This document shows, one piece after another, positions 24,935-38,043 of a stretch of DNA of 64,000 nt; the stretch's first letter is position 1; each line of letters starts with the position of its first letter. The notes beneath the pieces were generated by a model, which was not told the origin of the DNA, made no database searches, and saw only the letters and a program-made list of their open reading frames with translations. This stretch comes from Azolla caroliniana (taxonomy: Eukaryota > Plantae > Polypodiophyta), in NCBI GenBank assembly GCA_043228905.1, contig JBHGNT010000009.1, positions 14,508,001 to 14,572,000 on the forward strand, in the 5' to 3' direction. The translations under genes and the position numbers were made by a program.

Positions 24935-27900
24935 CCGGACTCCCTCGAGTGGCGATGCCGGGCATCCATGCGGAGGTGCTCGAGGTCCGGGCGGAGAGCC
25001 AGACCTGGGAGGAGTTCGAAGAACGGCTCCTTGAGAAATACGGGCTGGATGACGCGCTTCGACTTTCGAAGCGGGGCTTCATGGAGTGGGTGGAGTCCCC
25101 CAACAAAGGAAGAAATGCGTCGGTACTCCTCCGGGAGTTTGAGGAATGCTTTGCGCGCCTTTCGGCGCTCGATTGGACCGTTCTGGACACAAGTCGTGTC
25201 CTACTGTTTGTCAAATCGGTTGACGCACGGGATCGGGAGCAAGTGGGCTCCTTACTGGAAACCGAAGACGGGCTGACGGCCGACTGGGCCGCAGTAAATA
25301 GTGTCTGCGGCAGTTTTGACAAACGGCGGGAGTGGGCTGATACAGGGGCGACCGGGGCGGGTCTTGTCGTAGCAAGGAAGCTCGAACCGATACCACAGGC
25401 GTGAAGGGAAGAGACCCGGGAGTGGCTCGAAACCGGTTCGGTTTCGACCGGCGTGGTCAGAGGCTTGTCCGGGGGAACAACTTCTGAGGAGTTGACACGG
25501 GCGGTAAAGGATCTCTAGATCGCCCAGGCTCGGAGGGAAGGCGGTGAACAGGCTCGTGACCGACGGCCTCCGGCAGGAAATAGGTGCATGTGGTGCGACG
25601 AGGTTGGCCACATCCGGAAAGACTGTGGGGACTTTGCAGAGGCTTTGAGAAGCCGGGTAGTGTACCTATGGGAAGGTCGGGTGCACGCCAGTGATACCCG
25701 GAGGGCCCTAAACCGAAACGACGGGCGAGGAGGAATGAAAAGGCTGATGGAAGAGGCGGCGGCCCGACACGCGGAGACCGTCCACTACTCGACGTTAGCC
25801 GGTATTCGGGTCGGAGGCAACGAGGCCCGGAAGGAGAGCAAAGCCGGGTTCTGGCCAACGATGCTGGAAGGCCTCGCCGGTGCCTGACTAAGGAAAGACG
25901 AGGCGGACCGCGCGGAGAAGCGGGTCCAGGAGGTAACCGAGTGGAGTGACCCGGTCGAAGAAAAGACGGGTTTTGTCGAAGCAGCTTGCCAGAACTACGA
26001 GGCTCTGGTTGAAGACAAACGGGTAGGTAAAACCGGAGGGGCCGGACCCTCACAGAGATACGAAACCCGATTCGGGCCGAAACGGAACGAGGCCGGTGAG
26101 ACCAGTGCCCGGGATAACCACAAGAAGGGCAGATACCGGTTGGGCACGGAGATCGAAAGGACCATGGACCTATGAAAGGTCCTGGAAGAACGAATCCTCG
26201 ACAACAAGGTGGAACTGTCGTTGCGGGAGGTGCTCGGAATCGCCAAGAAGGAGTTCCACGACTCCATCGTAGACTTGGTGAAGAGGAAGAGACTGTCGAC
26301 GTAGACAGAACCGGAAAGGCCGGTGGAGGTGCGGACGACGCACATAGAGGACATGGCGCTGGAAGACGAGTGGGCGGAGAGCCACTATTCGAGGCCACAC
26401 TGGGCCCGAGCGACCACGGAAACCCCGGTGAAGATCGGAGATGTTCATGAACCGGTGGTGGCGCTGGTGGACCACGGTTCGGAAATAAACCTGATGTCCA
26501 TGGACTTCTACAAGAAGGGGAAATGGCCGATCAACACCAAGCACGGGTGGAAGATATGGGCGGCGATGCGCGCCACCGAGGAACTACACGGGGCCTGCCC
26601 AAGCGTGCGAGTCAAGATCGGCGACGTCGAGATAGACCAGCACTTCTTTGTGCAGGAGACGTCCTCGCACCCGGTCATACTGGGAGAACTGTACATTACG
26701 GCAGCACGGATGGAGACCAAGGTGTTGGACAACGGGTCGGCTTACGCGAGGGTCAAGAGTCAGGACGGGCGTCATTCGGTCCAGTTCCTAACGGTGCGAC
26801 CGAACCACGAGTCCCTCGGTGGCGAGAACTGAGAGGATTTTTAGAGAGGGCTGTCAAGGCGTGGGGCCGCGATAGTCCGGACACTCCGGGAAAACCCCAC
26901 AAATGTACGATAGAGGCGAAACTGAAGAAACCTTGTACCATAAGTAGGAAGTTTTGTTTCTCCGACAACGGAGGGTGTACGATAGTTGGCGTCGTTGGCC
27001 GAGAAAAGACAAGGGCGGAAGAGCGACTTCGGGCGTGCGGAGTTCTCGGGCCCAACGAGGAAATCAACGGAGCCGTGGAGGCGGTCTCCTTCGACGATAC
27101 CTTGGGAATACTGCGAGAGGTGGTCGGAGAGGGCCTTAAAGAGGACCGGACGATACCGGTTTGTTCAAAAGAGATGTACGAAGTCATCGCGGACTTCAGT
27201 CGAGGGCTCGAGTCGGATCAGACGGCCCGGGTTAACACGAAGTACAAGACTGTGGACCGGAAGGTAAGACCAATCGCGGCAAGCTTAGCGGAGGGCAGCG
27301 AGTTGCGAATCAAGGGGGTCGCGTCGGACCCCAGTTTACGAGATCCGGCCTGCATAGGACACACCTTCATCGACAGAACGCTACGGGAGCTCAAAATCGG
27401 TGGGGGCGGGTTCCTACTGCCGGCGGAAGAAGACCGGTTTCGGAAAATGCTCGGAAGGCACGGGAAAGTCTTCGCATTCTCACCGGAAGAGATCGGGTGC
27501 GTAGACCCGACAGTCGTGAATCCGATGGTGATATTCACGGTACCGCATGTGCCGTGGAATCTCAAACCAATTCCGGTACCGAGAGCTCACATTCCGGAGC
27601 TGATGGAGCTGTTGAGGCAGAAAGTCGATATGGGCATCCTCGAACCGTCGAGTGCCCCGTACTCGAACCAGTGGTTTACCGTACCGAAGAAGAACGGGAC
27701 GTTGCGCTTCATTCAAAACCTGCAACCGGTCAACAGAGTGACCATTCGGAACGCAGGAATCGAACCAACGATAGACGAGTTTGTGGAGGCCTTCGCCGGA
27801 AGGTCGATCTACTCGGTCGGTGATCTGTACTCGGGGTACGATCAGTTCCAACTAGCCGTGGAGAGCAGAGACATTCCAACTAGGGCGGATGTACACCCTG

Positions 27901-30846
27901 CCACAAGGAGGGACGAAATTAGTGGCCCACATGGTGAATGCGATGAACAAGGTGCTGAGGGATTGTATCCCGGACATCACCATGCCATTCTTGGACGACA
28001 TCCCGATCAAGGGATGTCCAGTGGAGGAAAAGGACGAAACGATCGAACCGGACGGATGCCGGAAATTCGTGGCGACACACATTGATGACTGCGAGAGGGT
28101 GCTGCAGAGGCTAGAGGACGTGAGGCTCACCTTCTTCGGGGAGAAATCGGCCTTCGGGCAATCAGAGATCATGGTCGTCGGACATCTATGCGGACCGTAT
28201 GGCCGGAAACCGTCTCCGGCTAAGGTGGAAGCCATCTCCGCAATGAAGCCCGACTGTAACTCGGTCACGGAGGTACGGAGGTTCTTGGGAGCATGCACGC
28301 TCTACCACATATGGATCCCGCATTACGCCCACGTTGCCGAGCCGCTATACGGGTTGTTGAAAAAGGGGCGAAAATTCGAGTGGTGAGACGAGCATACGGA
28401 GTCGGTCCGAAAGATGAAGGAGGCTCTTGCTGCAGGTCCGGCACTCCGGAAGGCTGTCTACGAGAAAGGCACTCCCATCTACATAACGGTAGATACAAGT
28501 CCGACCGGGATCGGATGGGTCGTCAACCAAGACGATGAGGACGACATTCGGTTCCCAATCCGGTTCGGCGCGAAGGTCCTCAACGAGCGACAGCGAGGAT
28601 ACGCCCAGGTTAAACGCGAACTCTAGGGTATCGTTTCGGCGGTGAAGGCCGATAAAGACTATCTGATCGGGACAGAGGTGATTATCGAGATGGACTGCCT
28701 GCCGATTCTCGGCATGGTTTCCGGCTGCACGTAATAACCGAGGGAGGGGAGCACTTCGGTGCTTAACGATTTCAACGAGAGCAAGTACGACGGGGAGTGG
28801 CTGCAGATTGGGGGATTCTTAAGGACGATGACGCCGGACGCGTCATGGACAAAGGACGAGGCCAACCGGATCCGGAAGAAAGCATACCGATTCTTTCTCC
28901 GGGATGGATACTTGTGGAAGCACCCGAAGAAGAGAAACGACATCCCGCTCCAAGTAGTGGCGATGGAGGAGGAACAGGAGGAGTTGCTGAAGGCCTACCA
29001 CGACAGCCCTTGGGCTAGACACCGTGGGACGTGGGCCACGTTCGAGAAACTAAAGGGGAAGTACTAGTGGCCGGGACTGTACCGGGACGTGCATCGGTTC
29101 GTGACAACTTGTGAGAGCTGTCAGATACACTCCATAGTCCGACATCGGGACGAGCTTCACCCTACATACCCTCCGGCCATCCACTTCAAATGGATGGTAG
29201 ATTTGGTGACGATGCCGATGGGCGTAGGGCAGATGCGATATCTGGTGCTGGCCCGGGAGGACCTGACGAACCAGGTGGAAGGCCGAGCCCTGCAGAACAA
29301 AACGACCGCGGCCATGTGTCGGTTCCTGATCGAGGACGTGATATGCCGGTACGGGTGCGTCGGGAAGATCGTGGCTGACCGCGGGGAGTTGGACGCCGAA
29401 GAGGCCGAGGAGCTGTTCGACCGGTTAGGGGTCAAGCTCTCGCTCACCACAACGTACAATCCGGAGGCGAACGGGAAGGTGGAGCGCGGACACGGACCGA
29501 TCGTCAAAGCGCTAGTCTGGGCGTGCGGAGGCCAGGTCGAGAACTGGCTACGACTGTTACCTTATGCCTTGTGGTCGGACCGAACAACGCACAGTTCGGT
29601 AACCGGGTTCATGCCGTCAGAGCTCATGTTCGGACAGAAGCCGATCATGCCGATGGAACGGACGATCTCCTCTTGGGCGACAGTGGACTGGAGAGACGAG
29701 ATGAGCCGGCAAGAACTGCTAGCGGCGCGTATACGGCAGCTCGAGCGGAGGCCAAAGGATGTGGAACGAGCGGCGGAGAGACTTCAGACGGCGAGGATGA
29801 GGAACAAAGCCCGGTTCGACCGAACGCACCGGCTACGACCAAAGAAAATCGAGGAAGGCGACTGGGTGCTAGTCTACGACAGCAGCCTCGACAACCAGCA
29901 CCGGGCAACACGGAAGTTTGCAAAGCGGTGGTTCGGGCCTTACGTGGTAACGAGCGCCAATGACAACGGGACGTATGACCTGGCGGAACTCGACGGTATG
30001 AGGATGGCGATACTGGTAGCAGGGAAGCGGATCAAAGCGTTCAAGAAGCGCCACGACGGCGAACCGGATCTAAGAGGCCTAGACAGCGATGACGAACAGT
30101 CCGAAACGGAGGACGAACCGATGGACGAGGAACCGGAACCCGGACCGGTTTTCTCCAACCAGAACCCAATTTTGGCGTATACCGGTGGATGCGCGGTTAG
30201 GTGGGGGCGGATGTCGTGAAGAAAACCGTCCCTTAGCGCAATCGGTGCATAGCGCGCGTGAACCGGCTCTTCACGCGTGCGCGCCCTTTAATGTATATAA
30301 TAGAGAATTAGGTACCAAGGTATATCTTAGGTAGTTAGATTCGGTAGGTAGGAAGTTAATGAGGGAAACGGCTCCCTTCTTGACTATAAAAGAGAGGGAG
30401 ACGCGGGGAGAGGGGATAGCGCATTGAGGAGGACAAAGTGTTGTCGGACCGAAACCGAACGCTTCTCCTCCGTTCGTTCTCCATCGCTCTTCTCTGCAGG
30501 TTTTCGGGAGGCAAGGAACGCCCGTGTGCTTTCGGCAGCACCTCCATCCTATCCCCTTTCGTGCGCAGACGAGCAGGCATCGGCATCTGTTCCCTGGCCT
30601 GTTCGGTTGTAACTGCTCGCGTGCTCTGTTGTTTATGTGTCATTCGTTAATATACAAACATTCGTGTCTCTCTGTCTCTGTGTCCATTCGTGTCTTCCGC
30701 GTTGACGGGCCGTGTCCCTGTGTTTCTTTGCTCATACGTAACCGGGCGTCTCTCTCTTTCTCTTTCCCCTTCTATCACCTGCTCTTCGGTTCAAGACCCC
30801 GGTGGTCCTGCCTCGTTTCTCCATGCACGCGCGTAGTAACGCGATA
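24935..30846 (+). mobile_element. Pol-bearing Ty3/gypsy of the TGTCG...CGACA group (gag, PR, RT, RH, INT, PPT, 3' LTR 30212-30846); pseudogenised and 5' truncated
   Basis: Zinc knuckle CMWCDEVGHIRKDC; protease LVDHGSEINLM; RT WFTVPKKNG, YSGYDQF, LPQG, FLDDIPIKG; RNase H VDTSPTGIG; integrase WMVDLV, DRGE, YNPEANGKVE, WFGPY. PPT TTAGGTGGGGGCGGA, then TGTCGTGAAG. The RT style resembles gypsy lineages of seed-free plants and fungi (inference). Confidence 0.92.
26835..26900 (+). promoter_or_regulatory. Candidate -1 ribosomal frameshift signal (G GAT TTT plus downstream stem-loop)
   Basis: The gag-PR frame reads GAG GAT TTT TAG (26833-26844); the RT frame is -1 (GGA TTT TTA GAG). Stem GTGGGG 26861-66 / CCCCAC 26895-900 encloses CCGGA-CAC-TCCGG. 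Confidence 0.7.
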
Positions 30847-31237
30847 ACGGCCTCCCTCCTTGAGCTATAAAAGAGAGGGAGACAGGGAGAAGATGGGATC
30901 ACGCACGAGAAGGAACGAAGTGCTGTCGGACTGGGACCAAGCTCTTCTTCTTTGTCGTTCTCCATAGCTTTCTTTTGCGCAGGTTCTCAGGAGGCTGATT
31001 CTGCTTCGTGGAACGCCCGTGTGCTTTTGGCAGAATCTCCATCTTGCTCTCCAGTGTGCGTGGGTGATCAGGCGTCGGCAACCACCTCGCCGACCTGATC
31101 GGATGTAACCGTTCGAGTCGTCTGCATATGTACAAATACATGCCTTTATTTACATACATACTCGAGTGTTCTCAACTCGCGTCTCCTATGTTGTTGTGCC
31201 GCGTCCCCGTGCACTTCTTTGTCTATACGTGAGTGAA

Positions 31238-31282
<45 letters not shown>

Positions 31283-31353
31283 TCACCTATTCCTCGGTCC
31301 AAGACCCCTGTGGTCCCGCCTTGTTCTCCACGCACGCACGTAGCAACGCGACA
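30847..31353 (+). mobile_element. 3' part of a related LTR into which the previous element inserted
   Basis: Paralogous to ~30368-30846 (TATAAAAGAGAGGGAGA ... CAAGACCCC ... CAACGCGACA); starts at ACGG and is followed by ACGT. Confidence 0.8.
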
Positions 31354-32920
31354 ACGTGCAAAGACAAGGGGAAGAAGAAGATGTCAGGGTACAACACGGA
31401 CAAGGATGAGTCGGATCAAAGCAAATCCGACTCTAGAAAGCAAGAAGACAGGCCTCCAGAGAAGAGGTCGGAGTTGGCCAAGAGGGCCATCAAATCTACA
31501 GAGCAGAAATTGCGTTGATCTATCCGTTAGAAGCACCCCATAGTTCAGTATGGGTATAATGAGTATATGGCACATCATTATGCGTACATGGCGAAGGTAA
31601 TAGCCGTGCATGAGCCGGAGAGCTACACAGAAGAGGCCAATAATATGAACTGGTAGAAGGCCATGGAGGAAGAGATGCAAGCGCTCATGGAGAATGAGAC
31701 ATGGGACTTGGTTCATGTCTCAAAAGGAGTGAAGTCGATCGGTTGCCGATGGGTGTATAAAGTCAAATACAATGCTGATGGCTCCATTCATCGGTACAAG
31801 GCCCGACTGGTGGCAAAGGGCTACACACCGCAACATAGCATCGACTACGATGAGACGTTCGCGTCGGTTGCGAAAATGATGTCCGTCTGTGTCTTGGTTG
31901 TGGTGGCAGGGGCGAAGGGGGTACACACCGCAGCATGGCATCGACTACGATGAGACGTTCGCGTCGGTTGCGAAGATGACGACCGTCTGTGTCTTGGTTG
32001 TGAAAAATGTCTTTCTACAATATGACATTGTGGAATGGGTGTATATGATTCAACCTCCCGGATTTCAGTCCAGTATGAACACGTCGGTCGTTTGTTGACT
32101 GAAGAAGTCCCTATATGGACTCAAGCAGGTCCCACGAGCATCGAACATAAAAATCGCACAGAGACTGCGTCGGATGGGGTTTGCCACGTCGAAGTCAGAC
32201 TCTTTACTTTTCATCTGGCAGGGTCAAAGTGGGCCGGTGAGCATTTTGGTCTATGTGGATGACCTTGTCATCGTCGGAGTTGACCTGGAAGAAATCGACC
32301 GTGTCAGATCTGAACTAGCGGCATCGTTCGACATGAAGGATGTAGGGGACCTTCATTACTTCCTCAGAAGTGATCCACACCCCCGAAGGCATACTGATCA
32401 GCCAACGACATTATGTGCTGAGTATGCTCTTCAAGTTCGAAATGATGGAGTGCAAATGCGTCTCAACTCCTCTAGATAAGAATGTGAAGTTTCACCCCAA
32501 CTTTGGAACGACATGCGACCCGAAACAGTTCTGATAGATCATCAATAGTCTTCTACATGACCATCACCCGGCTAGACCTCAGCTATCTCGTCGGACTGAT
32601 TAGTTAATTCATGGCGCATCCGACTGTGGAGCACCTTAAGTGCGCGCACCGAATACTTAGGTATGTTAGCGACACTAAGGACAAGGGGTTGCTATATCGG
32701 GCCGGAAACGCCAGACAGTTAGTTGGCTACATGGAAGACAACTGGGCTGGTAACACCGACAATCGCAGGTCAACATCTGGATTCACATTTTCATTTGGAA
32801 GCGCTGTGGTCGCCTACAGCAGCAAAAAGAAGCTGACAATAGCACTGTCGAGAACGGAGGCTGAGTATAGAGCAGCGGTTGTCGCAACATGCGAGGCCAT
32901 TTGTCCCAAACGGTTATTGA
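31354..32920 (+). mobile_element. Ty1/copia RT to RNase H pseudogene (same family as 40172-45827)
   Basis: KDKGKKK linker, [42 protein letters not shown]. Confidence 0.9.
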
Positions 32921-33884
32921 TGAGAGGAATTGTTCTTGGCCACAATCGAGGTTTAAACTTACTATGGAAGAAACAGAAAACATATATGAGATGACACAGT
33001 GTGTTAACGTGGAAAACGAAGATCGGGAAAAACCACGGGAGCCAATAGACTCCAAACTATACCACTAGAAAGCGGGAGGGTACAATGGGAGACTCAGAGG
33101 CAATGACCTCGAGCTCTACCTTTGCCAATCGGCGGTTACGACAGATACAAGTTCTGTATCTCTCTCTCTCTGTACAACAATAACAACAACTCTCTCAAGA
33201 GTATTACCCTAGTTATATTTAGACTTATATAACTTTGGGGCTATTTACAAATATGACGTTAACAATCACATCAGAACATATTTATTAATATGTCTGGCCG
33301 GATACCAACTAGATCCGGTTTCCGGATACCTTCCGGATCAATCCAGTTTGGTTCCTTCCTTCGTCTCGTCTGATCCGGTTATCATACGGATCCCACTCGA
33401 AGGGACAAGATTCCAACAAACTCCCCCTTCACTCCGGCATGGGATGTCTCATCAATATGACCCGTCTCCGACATGTGTCCATCTTGTCGGCTGACAATAC
33501 TTTGGTCAGCATGTCCGATCCGTTCTCCTCCGTGTGGATCTTCATCAGCGAAAATCTTTGTCTTCTACCTTCTCCTGGAGCCACTGATATTTCCTCTAGA
33601 TGTGCTTAGTCCGGGAGTGGTAGGTTGTGTTCTTTGCAAGGTGGATGACACTTTGACTATCATAATAGAGCCGGAATTCCTCCTACCTAATCCCTAACTT
33701 TCCAATGAAGTCCTTCATCCAAATTACTTCCTTGTCAGCTTCTACCGCCGCCATGTATTCCGCTTCTGTTGTTGACAATGCCACCAATTTTTGTAGTCTC
33801 GATTGCCATGATACCGCTCCCCCTACTTAGGTCATGATGTATCCGGATGTGGACTGACTGGTATCTACATCAACCGACATATCC
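32921..33884 (-). mobile_element. Ty1/copia 3' LTR (32921-33418), PPT and RNase H remnant
   Basis: TGAGAGG...TTCCAACA followed by AACTCCCCCTTC; reverse strand shows ALSTTEAEYMAA, HSRTKHI and DMLTK motifs. Confidence 0.82.
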
Positions 33885-33921
33885 GAATTCCTCCTACCTA
33901 ATCCCTAACTCTCCAATGAAG

Positions 33922-34606
33922 AGAGAGGATCACTATATAAAGCACCCTCCTCCTACTTTGTAATGTGTCGGTTAATCTCCATTGTAATATACATCTTCTT
34001 AAGTATTCTATTTTCTATCTATCTTGTGTCTCTCTCCTCTCCTTTTCTCAAATACACACACACACACACAACACACATCTCTAACTTATTCCGTTGCACA
34101 GAATCACCATCAATTCTTTACATGGTATCAGAGTGATTTGGCAGCTCGATCTAGCCCATCCTCATGTGTTGTGTCTACGCCGATGATTCAAAGAAATCCA
34201 GCTCATCGCTATTATAGTGGCACTACATAGCTTGTATTCAAGAGAGAAGAAGAAGGAAAAAATCTATATCGAACACCATGAATACTCAAATGGGGAGCGC
34301 TCTCCCTAGTGAAAAGTTGGACCGAACCAATACCTTGTCGGTCAAGTTTATTGGAGCTACATCAAAGGACGCCCACTACTCAACATGGGAGCAAGCGGCG
34401 AGTCAAGTAATGTATTTCTTGGCGACATGTGTTCATGACCACAACATTCGAGAAACTAAGACGTCGAAGGAAGCATTGGAGAATCTTAGGATGATTTTCG
34501 CGGCCAACACAACTACAAGAAAGCTTAAACTCCGCCAAGCGTTGAATAATATCCAACAAAGGGATATGTCCATCACAACCTACACCTTGAAGATCAAGGA
34601 GGTTTG
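33922..34606 (+). mobile_element. Ty1/copia 5' piece: partial LTR to 34122, tRNA-iMet PBS, gag start
   Basis: ...TTTACA then TGGTATCAGAG (34123-34133). MGSALPSEKLDRTN...WEQAASQVMY is homologous to the gag at 45040-45369. Confidence 0.8.
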
Positions 34607-34829
34607 TGTTGGGAAATCGGTCTCTCCGGATGGGATCCGGTGCTGAATAAAGAGGACCTGGTGAGAACCAGAAGAGAGCCGGTGAGAACCGGAAGAGAAG
34701 ACATATCTGTAAATATGTCTTGAGTAAGCCTATCGAGGCTATATTTGTAAATAGCCCTAAGTTCATATTTAAGTATAAATATGACATAGGGTAATCACTT
34801 TGTATAATGTTGTTGTTATTGTCATATTG

Positions 34830-34922
<93 letters not shown>

Positions 34923-35276
34923 GATACAGAGAGACACTTTGTTGTAACTGCCAACACAACTACAAGAAAGCTTAAACTCCGCCAAGCGTTGAATAATATC
35001 CAACAAAGGGATATGTCCATCACAACCTACACCTTGAAGATCAAGGAGGTTTGTGTTGGGAAATCGGTCTCTCCGGATGGGATCCGGTGCTGAATAAAGA
35101 GGACCTGGTGAGAACCAGAAGAGAGCCGGTGAGAACCGGAAGAGAAGACATATCTGTAAATATGTCTTGAGTAAGCCTATCGAGGCTATATTTGTAAATA
35201 GCCCTAAGTTCATATTTAAGTATAAATATGACATAGGGTAATCACTTTGTATAATGTTGTTGTTATTGTCATATTG

Positions 35277-35371
<95 letters not shown>

Positions 35372-35398
35372 GATACAGAGAGACACTTTGTTGTAACT
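34503..35398. repeat. 447/449-bp tandem duplication spanning a gag-LTR junction, each unit holding an (AT)n(AG)n microsatellite
   Basis: Units 34503-34949 and 34950-35398 look identical except for microsatellite length; GCCAA microhomology at the joint. Confidence 0.92.
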
Positions 35399-38043
35399 GC
35401 CAATTGGCGAAGATACAGAGCTCGAGGTCGTTGCCTCCGAGGGTCTGATTGTACCTTTCTCCTATAGTGATAGTTGGAGTCCGTGGGCTCCCGTGGTTTT
35501 TTCCCATTTAGGGTTTTCCATGTAAACATCATGTGCATTTCCTTTGTGTACTCTCCACTTCCCATTTTTGTGTTTCATTCTCAGAGAAGTGTTCAAGACT
35601 CGGTTGTGGCCGAGCAATATTCCGTGTTATTCTCCTAAATTTGGTATCAAAGCGAACAACACAGGAAATGGAAGAATTGTTCGGCGGCATGTTCAAGCTC
35701 ACCGGCTCCAACTACTCAGTGTGGAAGTCGAAGATGAGGGACATGCTGGTGGTTAAAGATCTTTGGTTGCTGGTTCAGTTCGGGGACAAAAGACCGGATA
35801 AGATCGACGCCATAGTGTGGGAGGTGATGCACATGAAGACGATGGCCTACATCCGGTGCTTCATCGACATGAGCCTATACAACAGCTTCAATGAAGAGAG
35901 CAAGGCTCACGAACTCTGGGAGAAGATCGACATCATGTTCCAGAACAAGAATGTTGTTAATCGGGTTTTGGTATTCCGGAAGCTAGTGAGGCTCGGGTAC
36001 TAGGACGACTTCAGTATGGCGGAGCACAGGGGTTGATACACCAAGCAACCTCGTTGGAAGTACCTCTCACCAATGAGGTACTCGCATTGCTCCTGCTCGG
36101 TCCCCTCCCGGATAGTCGGGAGACGTTAGTTGTCACGTTGGGCAATGCCGGGCTGGAAAGAAAACAGTTGTCCCTAGCAAGGGTAAAATCAAGCTTGCTA
36201 GATGAAGAAGCTCACCGGAAGGACCAGGAGTCCGGAACTGATTCGAAGGCCTTGGTCACAGAAGATGATCACAACTAGGGAAGAGGCCAGTATCGGAGTC
36301 CCCAACACATGGACAAATCGGGGACGAGGTCGAAGTCAAGGGCAAGGCCCACGTGCTTCTATTGCAGGAGGCAGGGACACTTCCAGAAGAACTGACGGCA
36401 TTTCCAGAAGGAGAAAGAAACCGGCACCACCGATTCGAAGAAGAGTTTGGACCATAACGGTTCGGACTGGTTCGGACCATATCAGAAGGGAACGTCGGCG
36501 ATCGCGACAAGTGAAGAAGAACTGATGCTCATTACCGACGAGACAACGTGGGTTGTCGATTCCGGAGCATCGTTCCACCTGACACCGGACCGGAGATGCT
36601 TCTCATCCTACACATCCGGTGTTCATGGTTGTGTCCATATGGGGAATGAAGGCACATGCCGAATTGTCGGCATAGGAGATGTGTTGTTGACGACATCAAC
36701 TGGATGCAAGTTGTTGCTGAAGGATGTCTGACACGTTCTGGAGGTTCGACTGAACCTGATATCAATCGGTTGGCTAGATGATGAAGTCTACACGGGTAGC
36801 ATTCGGAACGGAGTTATGAAGTTCAGCAAGGGAAGCTTGTTCATGGCTTGAGCCCGGAAGGTCAACACTCTGTACTTGATGAATGCCTGGATATGTCGGG
36901 AAGAAGTGAACGTAGCATTCCACACTGCCGGTATTAGAAATATGCGCTAATATAAGCATATGACAAGGATAAAAGAATGATAGATAGATAGATAGAAAGG
37001 AGAGAGAGAAAGAAGGGTGTCGATCCACCCAACCACCGCCGTGGCATCAAGTCGTACTTGGTGTTGGCACCTCGCTACAAGAGTTGACCCACCACAAGAA
37101 CAAAGTCTCGACATTGTCAAAAGATGATGAAATGAGGGTAGCTAGGCCTCTTATTTATAGCGATACCCAAGGCCCCAAGGCAAGTTCACACTTGGCATAA
37201 TGGGTTGTCTCAATCCCAAGGATTAAAAGTAATCCTCCCCTTCTTTACACTCTCGTTTAAACCTCACACTTATCCACGTGTATAGAATACTACGGTAAAT
37301 TCTCACCACGGGATATTATATGGTCATGCCCGTAACATACTCCTCCTCTTTAAAACATTGCACTCTTGCAATGGAAAGTTAGGGAAGTTAGTTCTGAGAG
37401 TATTTTCGCGTTCCCATGTGGCATCTTTTATTGATTTATCCATCCATTTTATTTTAAATTCTCAGATATCTTTAGTACATAATTTTTTTTTTTTAACATC
37501 GAGAATTCTTTTTGGTACATGTGGTTTAGAAGATAATTATTCAAAAGTAACTAGAGTTTCAGTTGTAACTGTATTTTCGCCAGAACCTAGAAGTTCTTTT
37601 AAACGACTCACATGAAAAACTAGATGAATTTCAACACCATCGGGAAGAGCGAGACGATAGGCTGATGATCCAATGCGTTTGAGAACTGTAAAAGGTCCAC
37701 AAAACTGTAGGGCTAACTTAGCAAACTTACCCTTAGACAATGTCTTAGAATTGTGAGGTACACGTAAAAATACCTTCTATCCAGGGTTGAATACACAAGG
37801 TTGCCTATGATGATCGCCATAAAGACGTGCTCTATCTTGAGTTGTTTTTATATTATCTCGTGCAATATGCAACATATCTTGCATATCCGGAAGAAAGTTT
37901 TGTGAACTTCGCAAATCATCATGATGTATATTAACATCAATCGGGGCTCATGGCTGAAAACCATACATCAACATAAAAGGACTATATCCTGTCGATGTAT
38001 GCTTGGAGCTGCTATAAGCAAACTCCAAAATTGGGAGATAATG

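Noticed and set aside
25457-26398. Long antisense or alternative-frame ORFs here and throughout 51-61 kb
   Set aside because: Shadows of GC-rich retroelement sequence with no recognisable motifs.
34380-35507. 375-aa minus-strand ORF with LSLS/YIYI runs
   Set aside because: An artefact of reading through the duplicated microsatellite-containing LTR.
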